NCBI GenBank assembly: GCA_035547875.1
Contig: DASZTX010000031.1
Location: 55,853-119,852, forward strand
Source of the DNA: Mucilaginibacter sp.
GTDB taxonomy: Bacteria; Bacteroidota; Bacteroidia; Sphingobacteriales; Sphingobacteriaceae
DNA: 64,000 nt
Direction of reading: 5' to 3'
Under the pieces are notes generated by a model. That model saw only the letters and a program-made list of their open reading frames with translations, was not told the DNA's origin and did no database searches. The translations under genes and the position numbers were made by a program. Below are positions 1 through 8,510 of the stretch, one piece after another. Numbering within the stretch: the stretch's first letter is position 1; each line of letters begins with the position of its first letter.

Positions 1-349
1 CCATGTCCGCTGCCATATCAAGGGCGCTGTCTGCGGGTTTGTATTCTTTCCGGGCATCCAGCGCTGCGCGGTCATAGCAAAGGCTGCGGCGACCTTTCGG
101 ACTTTCAGATGAGCAATCAAAAAATATGAATTTCCCGGTTTCTTTTTCGCGGTCAACCACATCGGGTTCCCCGCCGGTGCTTTCCATCCCGCTGAGCGAC
201 CACAGCGCAACCGGGTTTGCTTCCAGTGCGGCCTGTACTTCCGCCCACTTGATACCCTCGTGCCGGGTCATATTTTTATTGAACCGCTCCCGCAGAACCA
301 AGATGAGCGTTTCACCTTCTGCCGGCGCGAGCTTATTTTTATTCTCCAT
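1..349 (-). CDS. DUF4256 domain-containing protein (partial; C-terminus runs off the left edge)
   Basis: Absent from the ORF track because no stop codon lies inside the window. Hand translation of the minus strand from the ATG at 349-347 gives MENKNKLAPAEGETLILVLRERFNKNMTRHEGIKWAEVQAALEANPVALWSLSGMESTGGEPDVVDREKETGKFIFFDCSSESPKGRRSLCYDRAALDARKEYKPADSALDMAADM, open to position 1. The GGEPDVV and CSxESPxGRRSLCYD blocks match my memory of DUF4256. The start lies 2 nt after the stop of the upstream VOC gene. Confidence 0.65.
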   Translation of the reverse strand, partial: MENKNKLAPAEGETLILVLRERFNKNMTRHEGIKWAEVQAALEANPVALWSLSGMESTGGEPDVVDREKETGKFIFFDCSSESPKGRRSLCYDRAALDARKEYKPADSALDMAADM

Positions 350-351
350 GC

Positions 352-786
352 TCATTCGTTTATATCGAACCGAAAATTGTCGTTTTCATCCATTTCCCAA
401 TAGGGGTTGTAGGCAACCTCGAACAAATAACCATCCGGATCTTTAAAATAGCCACTGTAGCCACCCCAATACACCTTTTGCGCAGGCTTCACGATGGTTG
501 CACCAGATGCAGCGGCCTGTTGCAATACCTCGTCCACCTCCTGCTCCGACCTTGTATTGTGCGAAATGGTCATTCCTGAAAAGCCTGTTGGTTCATAGCT
601 TAACGTGGTGTCGGCGGCAAGCTCATCACAGGGATGCAGCGCAAGTACAATGCCACCCAAAGGGAACAACGCCAGGTTTTCGATGCTTTTATCAGATTTT
701 TTCCAGCCAAGCCCGCGTTCGTAAAAGTCAACCGACCTTTCAAAATCCTGAACGCCAAGTGTTATCAAATTCAGTTTTTGCCGCAT
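352..786 (-). CDS. VOC family protein (glyoxalase/bleomycin-resistance/dioxygenase fold)
   Basis: 144 aa. The N-terminus LITLGVQDFERSVDFYERGLGW and C-terminus GYFKDPDGYLFEVAYNP are typical of the paired beta-alpha-beta-beta-beta VOC modules. Confidence 0.85.
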   Translation of the reverse strand: MRQKLNLITLGVQDFERSVDFYERGLGWKKSDKSIENLALFPLGGIVLALHPCDELAADTTLSYEPTGFSGMTISHNTRSEQEVDEVLQQAAASGATIVKPAQKVYWGGYSGYFKDPDGYLFEVAYNPYWEMDENDNFRFDINE

Positions 787-807
787 AATGATCTTGCCAT
801 TTCGAGG

Positions 808-1389
808 TTACTCATCATTCATTCCTTTCCCATCCATAATAAAAGGAATGTATTTTTCGATCCGTGATTCGCGGGTTTTGCTTTGTTTTGCTGAGGAAAA
901 GTAAAGCAGGTAATTGCGCTGGCGACCGGGCGTCAACGCTTCAAAAGCTGTTTTTAACGCCGGGGAATCATCCAACCGTGTTTGAAATTCTTCAGCAACC
1001 TCAAAATCGCTGGTCTTTTTAAGATCCACCTTCAGTCCCGCTTTTTCTACTTCTATGGCTTCATGGATGTAGGTCTTCAACGTCGATTCCATTTCCGCAA
1101 TCTGCCTGATCCCGGTAAATCTGATCTGTCGCGCCGACTGCACGTTTTCGGTCTGCTGTATTAAAATTCCATGAGCATCATTCAGTAATGCGCCTTTAAA
1201 AAACAAGAGTGCGCAATATTCCTTAAACCCGTGAATCACGATGATATTACCCTTGCGGAAAGTATAGCAGGGCTGCCCCCACTTCAGTTCTTCCGTAAGT
1301 CCGCAGTCCAGTGCTATCGTTCTTAACTTTTTGTATTCCTCCTGCCACTGCGAAGCGTTGTCAAAAAACCAGTCAACTTTTGGGTTCAT
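808..1389 (-). CDS. YdeI/OmpD-associated family protein with DUF1801-like N-terminal domain
   Basis: 193 aa. The C-terminal block LTPGRQRNYLLYFSSAKQSKTRESRIEK is characteristic of the YdeI (bacteriocin-protection) family. The gene sits in the same-strand cluster headed by ArsR. Confidence 0.7.
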   Translation of the reverse strand: MNPKVDWFFDNASQWQEEYKKLRTIALDCGLTEELKWGQPCYTFRKGNIIVIHGFKEYCALLFFKGALLNDAHGILIQQTENVQSARQIRFTGIRQIAEMESTLKTYIHEAIEVEKAGLKVDLKKTSDFEVAEEFQTRLDDSPALKTAFEALTPGRQRNYLLYFSSAKQSKTRESRIEKYIPFIMDGKGMNDE

Positions 1390-1431
1390 GCCTGTTATTT
1401 AATTGATCCGTTGTGCTAAAGTTAGGAATGC

Positions 1432-1824
1432 TTAACCGTTAACAGAAATGATTTTTCTTTCGCCGGGTCTGAGATACCACGATAATACCGTCAATACGAG
1501 CAATAGTAACGCCGGTAACGCTGCAGTTACGGCATCACCGACGGCGATATGGGAAAATATCGCTCCTGACATGATAAAGAAAAAACCGGCGTAGGCCCAT
1601 TCCTTCAGCAAGCGAAAACCGGGCATCAGAATGACTAAAACTCCGGCAATTTTACAGATGCCTATCAGCGTCATTAAATAGGCCGGATAACCCAGATGCG
1701 CCATACTTTCCGCTCCGCCGGGGCCGGAACTTTGTTTTAAGAGCTGTACCGCTCCGGTGGATATCATCCCGAGGGAAAGCCAAAGTGTCGCAATCCAGTA
1801 AACGATCTTTTTTGTCTTTGTCAT
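1432..1824 (-). CDS. DoxX family membrane protein
   Basis: 130 aa with four predicted hydrophobic helices. Size and topology are typical of DoxX. It lies 5 nt downstream of the SRPBCC gene. Confidence 0.75.
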   Translation of the reverse strand: MTKTKKIVYWIATLWLSLGMISTGAVQLLKQSSGPGGAESMAHLGYPAYLMTLIGICKIAGVLVILMPGFRLLKEWAYAGFFFIMSGAIFSHIAVGDAVTAALPALLLLVLTVLSWYLRPGERKIISVNG

Positions 1825-1829
1825 CTCCG

Positions 1830-2297
1830 CTATTTTAATTTGCCGATAACATCCTGTAAACGGTTGTGTGCCCAGTTTATACCCTGCGTAAACGGCAGCT
1901 TCAGTACCTGATCGCGCTGACCGACCGATTCATAAATAACATGCATGTTAAGCCTGCTGGTATCATCCGTGAGCCTTTCAAACTCACAGATCTCTAACTG
2001 AACACCAAACGGCGTGTTGGCCATCTCGAATGTACGGGTGATCTTTTGACCAGGAATAAACTCGTGGATCACGCCATCGGCTTTAAATACCACATTGCCT
2101 TTTTCGTCTGTCGTTTCATATTGCCAGCATCCGTATTTCCTGCTTTCAAGTTGCAGCACCTTTGTACCCATCCACTGCTCTATCAGATCGCGTTCTGAAA
2201 AAGCTTTGAAAAGTAACTCTACCGGGAGTTCAAATTCCCGTGTAATGTTGATTTGCTGTTGGCCGTCTTCGGCGCTAATCTTTGTTTTTAATTCCAT
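1830..2297 (-). CDS. SRPBCC domain protein (AHSA1/START-like)
   Basis: 155 aa. The pattern ITREFELPVELLFKAFSERDLIEQWMG is typical of the Aha1-like SRPBCC family, which is commonly paired with ArsR regulators. It lies 6 nt downstream of the ArsR gene. Confidence 0.8.
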   Translation of the reverse strand: MELKTKISAEDGQQQINITREFELPVELLFKAFSERDLIEQWMGTKVLQLESRKYGCWQYETTDEKGNVVFKADGVIHEFIPGQKITRTFEMANTPFGVQLEICEFERLTDDTSRLNMHVIYESVGQRDQVLKLPFTQGINWAHNRLQDVIGKLK

Positions 2298-2303
2298 ATC
2301 GGG

Positions 2304-2627
2304 TTATTTTTTTAATTGATATTGTTTCATCACTGCTTCCAGCGCATTAAACCTGTCGTCCCACATCTTGCGGAACGGCTCAATAAAGTCCGCCACTTCT
2401 TTCATCTTCTTAGCATTGATCTGATAATGTATCTCCCTGCCGCTTGGCTTTTGCTCCAGCAGTTCGCATTCGGTAAGGATCTGGAGGTGTTTAGACACCG
2501 TTGGACGTGCCGTGTCAAAATTCGCGGCGATAGCACCCGCCGTAAGCGACTGACTCGCAACCAGCATCAGGATCGCCCGCCGTGTGGGGTCGGCAATAGC
2601 CTGGAAAACGTCTCTTCTTAAATTCAT
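2304..2627 (-). CDS. ArsR/SmtB family transcriptional regulator
   Basis: 107 aa. It has a winged-HTH signature ([16 protein letters not shown] ... [15 protein letters not shown]) and is the first gene of the minus-strand cluster 2627 to 1. Confidence 0.88.
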   Translation of the reverse strand: MNLRRDVFQAIADPTRRAILMLVASQSLTAGAIAANFDTARPTVSKHLQILTECELLEQKPSGREIHYQINAKKMKEVADFIEPFRKMWDDRFNALEAVMKQYQLKK

Positions 2628-2628
2628 C

Positions 2629-2648
2629 TTGTAGCCATTTGGCTACAA
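2629..2648. promoter_or_regulatory. Perfect 8-4-8 inverted repeat TTGTAGCC-ATTT-GGCTACAA; candidate ArsR operator
   Basis: Read directly from the sequence. The repeat begins 2 nt upstream of the ArsR start codon (2627). ArsR/SmtB dimers bind imperfect 12-2-12 or shorter palindromes overlapping their own promoters. Confidence 0.4.
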
Positions 2649-2938
2649 ATGTATATGAAGTTATTTAACTACGCAAGTTTCTCTGATAAATAGAATTATT
2701 AAGGAGTTTATCCGAATACGTTACCTATGCCATTTGTTTGTGTTGGGGAGGGATTAACTTCACTTGCTTCAACTATACATTTACCGGGGAGACCTGAACA
2801 TCTTTCTACAATTCCGGCAATGGTCAAAGAAATATGCAAGTTCAATGTGTAGGAACTGTATCTAACCTTTAATGAAAGGTTATTTAACTTGATATATTGA
2901 ATAAAAAACTTACTTTCAACTATTATTCAATAATAAAG

Positions 2939-3559
2939 ATGAAGTTATTTAATTTATTAATACTATTGACAATTGCCCAGTTGTCAAGTGCACAAATTAA
3001 ATTAACTAAACTTGATAAAAAGTCAATTCCAAAATCAATAAATTATATTGGAAAGATCATCAATGCTGTACGTTATATTGATAATGAAGGCGAACATATA
3101 ATTGTTACTACAGAGACTGGCGTGACCAGCACAAAAGGTATCGAAGGTGACACCTTTAGAGATGCGGCGCTATATGCTTATAGCTACAAGACCGTTAACG
3201 ATAAACATATTCTTTCATGGCGAGTTCATGATTTTGTTAAAGAATGTCCGGTTGACCTTAACGCAGATTATATCCCAAACACTTTTGCTGTTACTGATCT
3301 TAATAAAGATGGAAAGGCAGAGGTATGGCTTATGTATAAAATTGTTTGCCACGGCGACGTCAGTCCAAGCAATATGAAGATAATTATGTACGAAGGGAAT
3401 AAAAAATATGCTGTTAGGGGAACTAACAAAGTGAAGGTTTCAGATAAAGAGTATGATGGCGGTGAATATACCTTCGATGACGCCTTTAAGAATGGTCCAC
3501 ATTCATTCCGGTCATATGCTTTACAACTTTGGAAGAAAAATCTTTTGGAAACATGGTAA
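2939..3559 (+). CDS. Hypothetical secreted protein (orphan, AT-rich gene)
   Basis: I start the ORF at the ATG at 2939, which gives a clean signal peptide MKLFNLLILLTIAQLSSAQ. The track start at 2897 is a TTG. It contains a DLNKDGKAEVW motif reminiscent of FG-GAP/calcium-binding loops. I recognise no family. Confidence 0.55.
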   Translation: MKLFNLLILLTIAQLSSAQIKLTKLDKKSIPKSINYIGKIINAVRYIDNEGEHIIVTTETGVTSTKGIEGDTFRDAALYAYSYKTVNDKHILSWRVHDFVKECPVDLNADYIPNTFAVTDLNKDGKAEVWLMYKIVCHGDVSPSNMKIIMYEGNKKYAVRGTNKVKVSDKEYDGGEYTFDDAFKNGPHSFRSYALQLWKKNLLETW

Positions 3560-3742
3560 AGCAAACCTTCGCAGTTGGTAATATTATCGCTAAAAAAATT
3601 CACAAAATCAATGGTTTATGAGAGTTTGAACAACTTAAAACAAGCTGTATTTATAATGGAACAAGAAAACTTAATCTATGATTGGGTTTTCTTGTCTTGC
3701 GGAGATGGGGGGATTCGAATGGATTAAGTTGCAATTAAACCT

Positions 3743-4117
3743 ATGCGGATTTTAAGATTAATTAGCTTATTAATTGCCTGTATATTTCTTATACAATGTT
3801 CGATCTCTAAAAAAGCTGCCGATTTGAACAAGGTGCTGATAAAGAAAGAGTTTAAAGAAAGTAATGAGCCCCTCGCTGATCGCGATATCAGTAAATTAAG
3901 ACTGTTTCTTGTTGACAAAGAAAATGGAAGTCAAAGAAACGGCGCCTCTTTTGTCTATATTAATAATATTGAATTTAAAGCGGATGCGCAAGGCAATTAC
4001 ATTTTTAAATTATTACCAGGCAGCTACACGATGAAAATTAAATCCGTCCAATATTACCCACAAACAATAAAGCTCAAAATGGAAGCCAAATTTAATTACG
4101 ATATAACAATGCTATGA
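3743..4117 (+). CDS. Hypothetical lipoprotein with carboxypeptidase-regulatory-like beta-sandwich
   Basis: 124 aa. It has a lipoprotein-type signal (LLIACIFLIQCS). The C-terminal NGNYIFKLLPGSYTMKIKSVQYYPQTIKLKM resembles CarboxypepD_reg-like domains. The gene is AT-rich. Confidence 0.5.
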   Translation: MRILRLISLLIACIFLIQCSISKKAADLNKVLIKKEFKESNEPLADRDISKLRLFLVDKENGSQRNGASFVYINNIEFKADAQGNYIFKLLPGSYTMKIKSVQYYPQTIKLKMEAKFNYDITML

Positions 4118-4284
4118 CAGCCAACTTCAGTTGCTGTTGAATAAAGCTGATTTAAGCTATCGTTGTTGACTCTGTTATTCGGAATAACATAGTGGTTTTG
4201 AGATGTGATCATAATATCCCCATCTTTGTGTAACAATCCGGCAGGTGCCGAAGTCTTAATACAGACACCCGTTATTTTTTTGCT

Positions 4285-5526
4285 ATGCCCTTAAAAACCA
4301 GTTACCGAGAGAATATTTCCATCGCTTTACAATCGATAGGTGGAAACAGGCTTCGTACGTCATTAACGGCGCTGATCATCGCTATCGGTATAATGGCGCT
4401 GGTGGGGATACTTACGGCAATTGAGGGTGTAAAGCAATTTACCAATGATGCGTTCGCGGGCCTTGGCGCTAATGCATTTACCATTCAGAACCGGGGTTCG
4501 GGTTTAAATTTCGGCCGGGGCGGGCACCGTAAGGTGTACCCTTCTATCCGGTATGAACAGGCCCAGCGGTTTAAAGAACGGTTTTCAATGCCAGCCGCGA
4601 TAGCTGTTAACCTGCAATTGTCGGGCACGGCGGTTGTTAAATTTGCTAATCAAAAAACCAATCCCAATATTTCTGTCAACGGGTCGAATGAAAATTATCT
4701 GACAACCAGCGGTCAGAAACTTGCCTTTGGCCGTAATTTTTCATCTTCTGAAATCGAACACGGGTCCAATGTAGTGATCATCGGGAACGAAATAAAAAAC
4801 AAGCTGTTTAAAGACGTTGATCCGATCAACAAGATGATCTATGTCGGGAATAATGAATTTAAGGTGATCGGTGTATTCGCGTCAAAGGGTTCAAGTGCGG
4901 GCTTTGGAGGCGACAAGTTCTGTGTTATTCCAATTCTGAAGGCCAATCAGCTTAAAGACTCCACACATACGTCGTTCACCATTACCGTCAAGGTAAATAA
5001 TCCTGCCGAGCTTGACGCCAGCATAGGTGAGGCCACGTCCCTGTTCCGCAACATCAGGGGGCTCCGGGTAACCAGCGAAGACAATTTTGAGATAGAGCGA
5101 AGCGACTCCATACAGCAGGAGCTTTCAGGGCAGCTTGCCTCGATGACCTTTGGCGGTGCAGCGATCGGGGCGATTACGCTTATCGGTGCAGCTATCGGGT
5201 TGATGAACATCATGCTGGTATCGGTTACCGAACGTACGCGTGAGATCGGCTTGCGAAAATCGCTGGGCGCTACACCCGCTATCATCCGGAAGCAGTTCCT
5301 GATCGAAGCTATCGTGATCTGTCTGATTGGCGGTTTTGCAGGGATTGTTCTGGGAATGGCGATCGGCAACCTGATCGCCGTAAGCATCAGCGGATCATTT
5401 GTAGCGCCTTGGAAATGGCTGTTCGCAGCCATTGCGCTGTGTACCGGCATCGGACTTGCATCCGGGTTTTATCCGGCAAAAAAGGCAGCCAAGCTTGATC
5501 CGGTTGAAGCCTTACGATACGAATGA
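4285..5526 (+). CDS. ABC transporter permease, MacB/FtsX family
   Basis: 413 aa. It has an N-terminal TM helix, a large MacB-like periplasmic domain and a C-terminal FtsX 3-TM bundle (TERTREIGLRKSLGAT ... YPAKKAAKLDPVEALRYE). No ATPase gene is adjacent. Confidence 0.85.
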   Translation: MPLKTSYRENISIALQSIGGNRLRTSLTALIIAIGIMALVGILTAIEGVKQFTNDAFAGLGANAFTIQNRGSGLNFGRGGHRKVYPSIRYEQAQRFKERFSMPAAIAVNLQLSGTAVVKFANQKTNPNISVNGSNENYLTTSGQKLAFGRNFSSSEIEHGSNVVIIGNEIKNKLFKDVDPINKMIYVGNNEFKVIGVFASKGSSAGFGGDKFCVIPILKANQLKDSTHTSFTITVKVNNPAELDASIGEATSLFRNIRGLRVTSEDNFEIERSDSIQQELSGQLASMTFGGAAIGAITLIGAAIGLMNIMLVSVTERTREIGLRKSLGATPAIIRKQFLIEAIVICLIGGFAGIVLGMAIGNLIAVSISGSFVAPWKWLFAAIALCTGIGLASGFYPAKKAAKLDPVEALRYE

Positions 5527-5536
5527 TCCAGTTTGG

Positions 5537-6295
5537 TCAGGGGGCAGGCACTTCCTGCTTTAACAGGGAATTCTTTAAGGGATAATCAGAAAGTAGTTTT
5601 TCAACATAAGGCATCCTCAAGGCATGTCTGAACGCTTCGGCGTGGCGGGGATGGTGCATGTCGCTGGATATAAAGTCGATCAGGTTGTTATCCACAAGCT
5701 GCTCTGCGATCCTTTTTGAATTACTTCCATAGTAGCCCGCCAGCGAAATAGTATTCAGCTGAAAGTTCACACCCCAGTTATGCAATGTCCTGAACTGGTC
5801 AATATCCATATAAGGGTATCTTTCCGGATGGGCCAGGATAGGCGTGTAGCCAAGGTCCTTTATCTTTTGCACCACCGGGATGGTATTTGGAGGCTGGTTG
5901 ATAAACGAAAACTCAAAAAGCACGTATTTGCCACCCATTATCATCAGCTTATTTTCATCCACCCGCTTTTCAAAGGTCTCGTCAAAATAATGTTCCGCAG
6001 CGGCTTCTACTTCTACATCTATATTTTGGCTGATCAGTTCGGCTTTAAGGGTTTCGAGCGAAGCGCCGATAGTTTCGGGTGTATTGCGGTAATAATCGAT
6101 CATTATGTGCGGTGTGGCAATAAATTTGGTTATTCCCACCTCCATCATCCGTTTGATCAGGAAGATCGATTCGTCCGGGTTTTGTGCGCCATCATCAATC
6201 CCCGGCAGAATATGCGAGTGCATATCAACCATGATGGAACTGTAGTCGAAGGTTATTTCCCGTTTTGATGGTTTCTTTTTAAATATTCCAAACAT
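5537..6295 (-). CDS. Tyrosine-protein phosphatase, CpsB/CapC (PHP family)
   Basis: It carries the DMHSHILPGIDDGA metal-binding motif. I prefer the start at MFGIFKKK (6295), because the track start at 6355 would overlap the rfbB 3' end by 59 nt. Confidence 0.8.
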   Translation of the reverse strand: MFGIFKKKPSKREITFDYSSIMVDMHSHILPGIDDGAQNPDESIFLIKRMMEVGITKFIATPHIMIDYYRNTPETIGASLETLKAELISQNIDVEVEAAAEHYFDETFEKRVDENKLMIMGGKYVLFEFSFINQPPNTIPVVQKIKDLGYTPILAHPERYPYMDIDQFRTLHNWGVNFQLNTISLAGYYGSNSKRIAEQLVDNNLIDFISSDMHHPRHAEAFRHALRMPYVEKLLSDYPLKNSLLKQEVPAP

Positions 6296-6296
6296 T

Positions 6297-7349
6297 TTAC
6301 CGGCTGTTATATTGATCTTTGTAATATTGCTGGTAGTGCCCGGAGGTAACGTCATTCAACCAGGCTTCATTTTTAAGATACCAGTCAACTGTTTTTTCGA
6401 GGCCTTCTTCAAAGGTAATTGAAGGTACCCATCCCAATTCGTTTTTTAATTTGGTGGCGTCTATGGCATATCGCAGGTCATGTCCGGCTCTGTCGGTCAC
6501 AAAAGTGATCAGGCTTGCCGATTGCCCGGCAGGCCTTCCGAGTTTCTCATCCATTATCCTGCATAGCAGTTTTATCAGCTCGATGTTTTTCCACTCGTTA
6601 TGGCCGCCGATATTATAGGTCGATCCGGCCTTAGCCTTATGGAAAATCACATCAATAGCCTTAGCATGGTCTTCAACCCATAGCCAGTCGCGTATATTTT
6701 CCCCTTTACCATAAACAGGTACGGGTTTCATTTGTTTAATGTTATTGATTGCCAGCGGAATCAGCTTTTCGGGAAAATGGTAGGAACCATAGTTGTTTGA
6801 GCAATTGGATATTACGGTATCAAGACCGTAAGTGTCGTGATAAGCCCTTACAAAGTGATCAGACCCGGCTTTTGATGCGGAATATGGCGAATGCGGATCG
6901 TAGGCTGTGTCTTCGGTAAACATCCCGGTCTCGCCCAGTGTGCCGTAAACTTCATCTGTCGATACATGGTAAAAACGGGTGGAGTCATATTTTCCCTTCC
7001 AGGCCTGACGGGCCGTATTCAGCAGGCTCACAGTGCCTAAAACATTGGTCATTACAAAATCCAATGGATTGGTGATGGAACGGTCAACATGCGATTCGGC
7101 GGCGAGGTGAATCACTGCGTCAGGGTGTTCAACGGAAAAAAGCTCCTCCATAAAAGCGGTATCGACAATGTCACCTTTTACGAATTTGTAATTCGGCTCA
7201 TTTTCAATGTCACTCAGGTTAGCCAGGTTTCCGGCATAGGTTAATTTATCAAGATTGACGATCTGGTAGTCGGGGTAATTTTTTACAAACCGCCGAACAA
7301 CATGTGAGCCGATAAAACCCGCTCCTCCGGTTATAATTATCTTCTTCAT
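6297..7349 (-). CDS. rfbB: dTDP-glucose 4,6-dehydratase
   Basis: 350 aa. It has GGAGFIGSH Rossmann, YSASKAGSDHFVRAY catalytic YxxxK and HVSTDEVYG motifs. Confidence 0.92.
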   Translation of the reverse strand: MKKIIITGGAGFIGSHVVRRFVKNYPDYQIVNLDKLTYAGNLANLSDIENEPNYKFVKGDIVDTAFMEELFSVEHPDAVIHLAAESHVDRSITNPLDFVMTNVLGTVSLLNTARQAWKGKYDSTRFYHVSTDEVYGTLGETGMFTEDTAYDPHSPYSASKAGSDHFVRAYHDTYGLDTVISNCSNNYGSYHFPEKLIPLAINNIKQMKPVPVYGKGENIRDWLWVEDHAKAIDVIFHKAKAGSTYNIGGHNEWKNIELIKLLCRIMDEKLGRPAGQSASLITFVTDRAGHDLRYAIDATKLKNELGWVPSITFEEGLEKTVDWYLKNEAWLNDVTSGHYQQYYKDQYNSR

Positions 7350-7487
7350 AAATTAATGATTGTTTTATCTGGCACGCTGTATCTTCTACAGATCGCCTTA
7401 ACAAACATTTGATCCCGGCTATGTTATTTAGTTACAGCTGAGATCGTATAGGTTTGGCTTCATTTACTGCGGGGAAAACGTGTCGTA

Positions 7488-8510
7488 TCAAAGGGGATTC
7501 TGCGATAAATATTTCTCCCATTCCCAAGCCGAAGCCATCATGTCTTCTATCTCCAATTGCGCCGTCCAGCCTAATTCTTTTGTTGATTTGGTAACATCGC
7601 CCCAAACCTTTTCAACGTCTCCGTCACGACGGGGGCCGATCTCATAATTCAGTTTAACGCCGGTGGTGTTTTCAAAAGCATTGATGATCTCCAGTACGGT
7701 ATTGCCATTTCCGGTTCCGAGGTTAAATACATCATATCCGTTAAAGCCCTCCTTGGCCATAAGCCGCAATGCAGCAACGTGCGCTTTGGCAAGGTCAACC
7801 ACGTGTATATAATCCCGAACGCAGCTTCCGTCGCGCGTATTGTAATCATTCCCGAAAACAGTCAATTTCTGCCGCTTGCCTATCGCCGTTTGGGTGATGA
7901 AAGGCACGAGGTTTTGTGGCACGCCGATGGGAAGTTCGCCGATCAGCGCCGATTTATGCGCCCCAACCGGATTAAAATACCGCAGGGCGATTACCTTTTT
8001 AATATTACCGGCAACTACCGAATCCTTCAGAATTTCTTCTGCAATTTGTTTGGTGTTCCCGTACGGCGATTGCGCCGGTTTTACGGGCGCATCTTCAGTT
8101 ACAGGCAACTCATCAGGCTGACCATAGACCGTACAACTCGATGAGAATACGAAGTCAACCGGGCTGTTGCTATACGCCCGCAACAGATTGACCAGCGAAT
8201 AAATATTGGTACGGTAATATTTTAAGGGATCGCGCACAGATTCTCCTACCGCTTTAAACGCAGCAAAATGAATAATTCCGCTTATATCAGGTTCACTGGT
8301 AACAAAATCAGCCAGCTTTTGCTCGTCGCAAAGATCGATCTGGTAAAAGGCAGGTTTGAATCCGATGATCTTGCTTAACTGGTCTAAGATCTTTATGCTT
8401 GAATTCGACAAGTCATCAATGATCACGGGTTCATGTCCCGCAGCAACCAGCTCAACCACCGTGTGCGACCCAATATAACCCAAGCCGCCTGTTACCAATA
8501 TCTTAGCCAT
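7488..8510 (-). CDS. galE: UDP-glucose 4-epimerase
   Basis: 340 aa. It has GGLGYIGSH, SSSCTVYG and YGNTKQIAEEIL (YxxxK) motifs. Its start overlaps the uxs stop as TAATG. Confidence 0.9.
   Translation of the reverse strand: MAKILVTGGLGYIGSHTVVELVAAGHEPVIIDDLSNSSIKILDQLSKIIGFKPAFYQIDLCDEQKLADFVTSEPDISGIIHFAAFKAVGESVRDPLKYYRTNIYSLVNLLRAYSNSPVDFVFSSSCTVYGQPDELPVTEDAPVKPAQSPYGNTKQIAEEILKDSVVAGNIKKVIALRYFNPVGAHKSALIGELPIGVPQNLVPFITQTAIGKRQKLTVFGNDYNTRDGSCVRDYIHVVDLAKAHVAALRLMAKEGFNGYDVFNLGTGNGNTVLEIINAFENTTGVKLNYEIGPRRDGDVEKVWGDVTKSTKELGWTAQLEIEDMMASAWEWEKYLSQNPL

Noticed and set aside
126-446. 106-aa plus-strand ORF at the left edge
   Set aside because: It lies antisense to the DUF4256 and VOC coding frames. 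It has a Ser/Pro/Arg-rich shadow composition and no motif.
6296-6355. N-terminal extension of the CpsB-type phosphatase
   Set aside because: It would overlap the rfbB 3' end by 59 nt. The internal ATG at 6295 leaves a 1-nt gap and a typical N-terminus.
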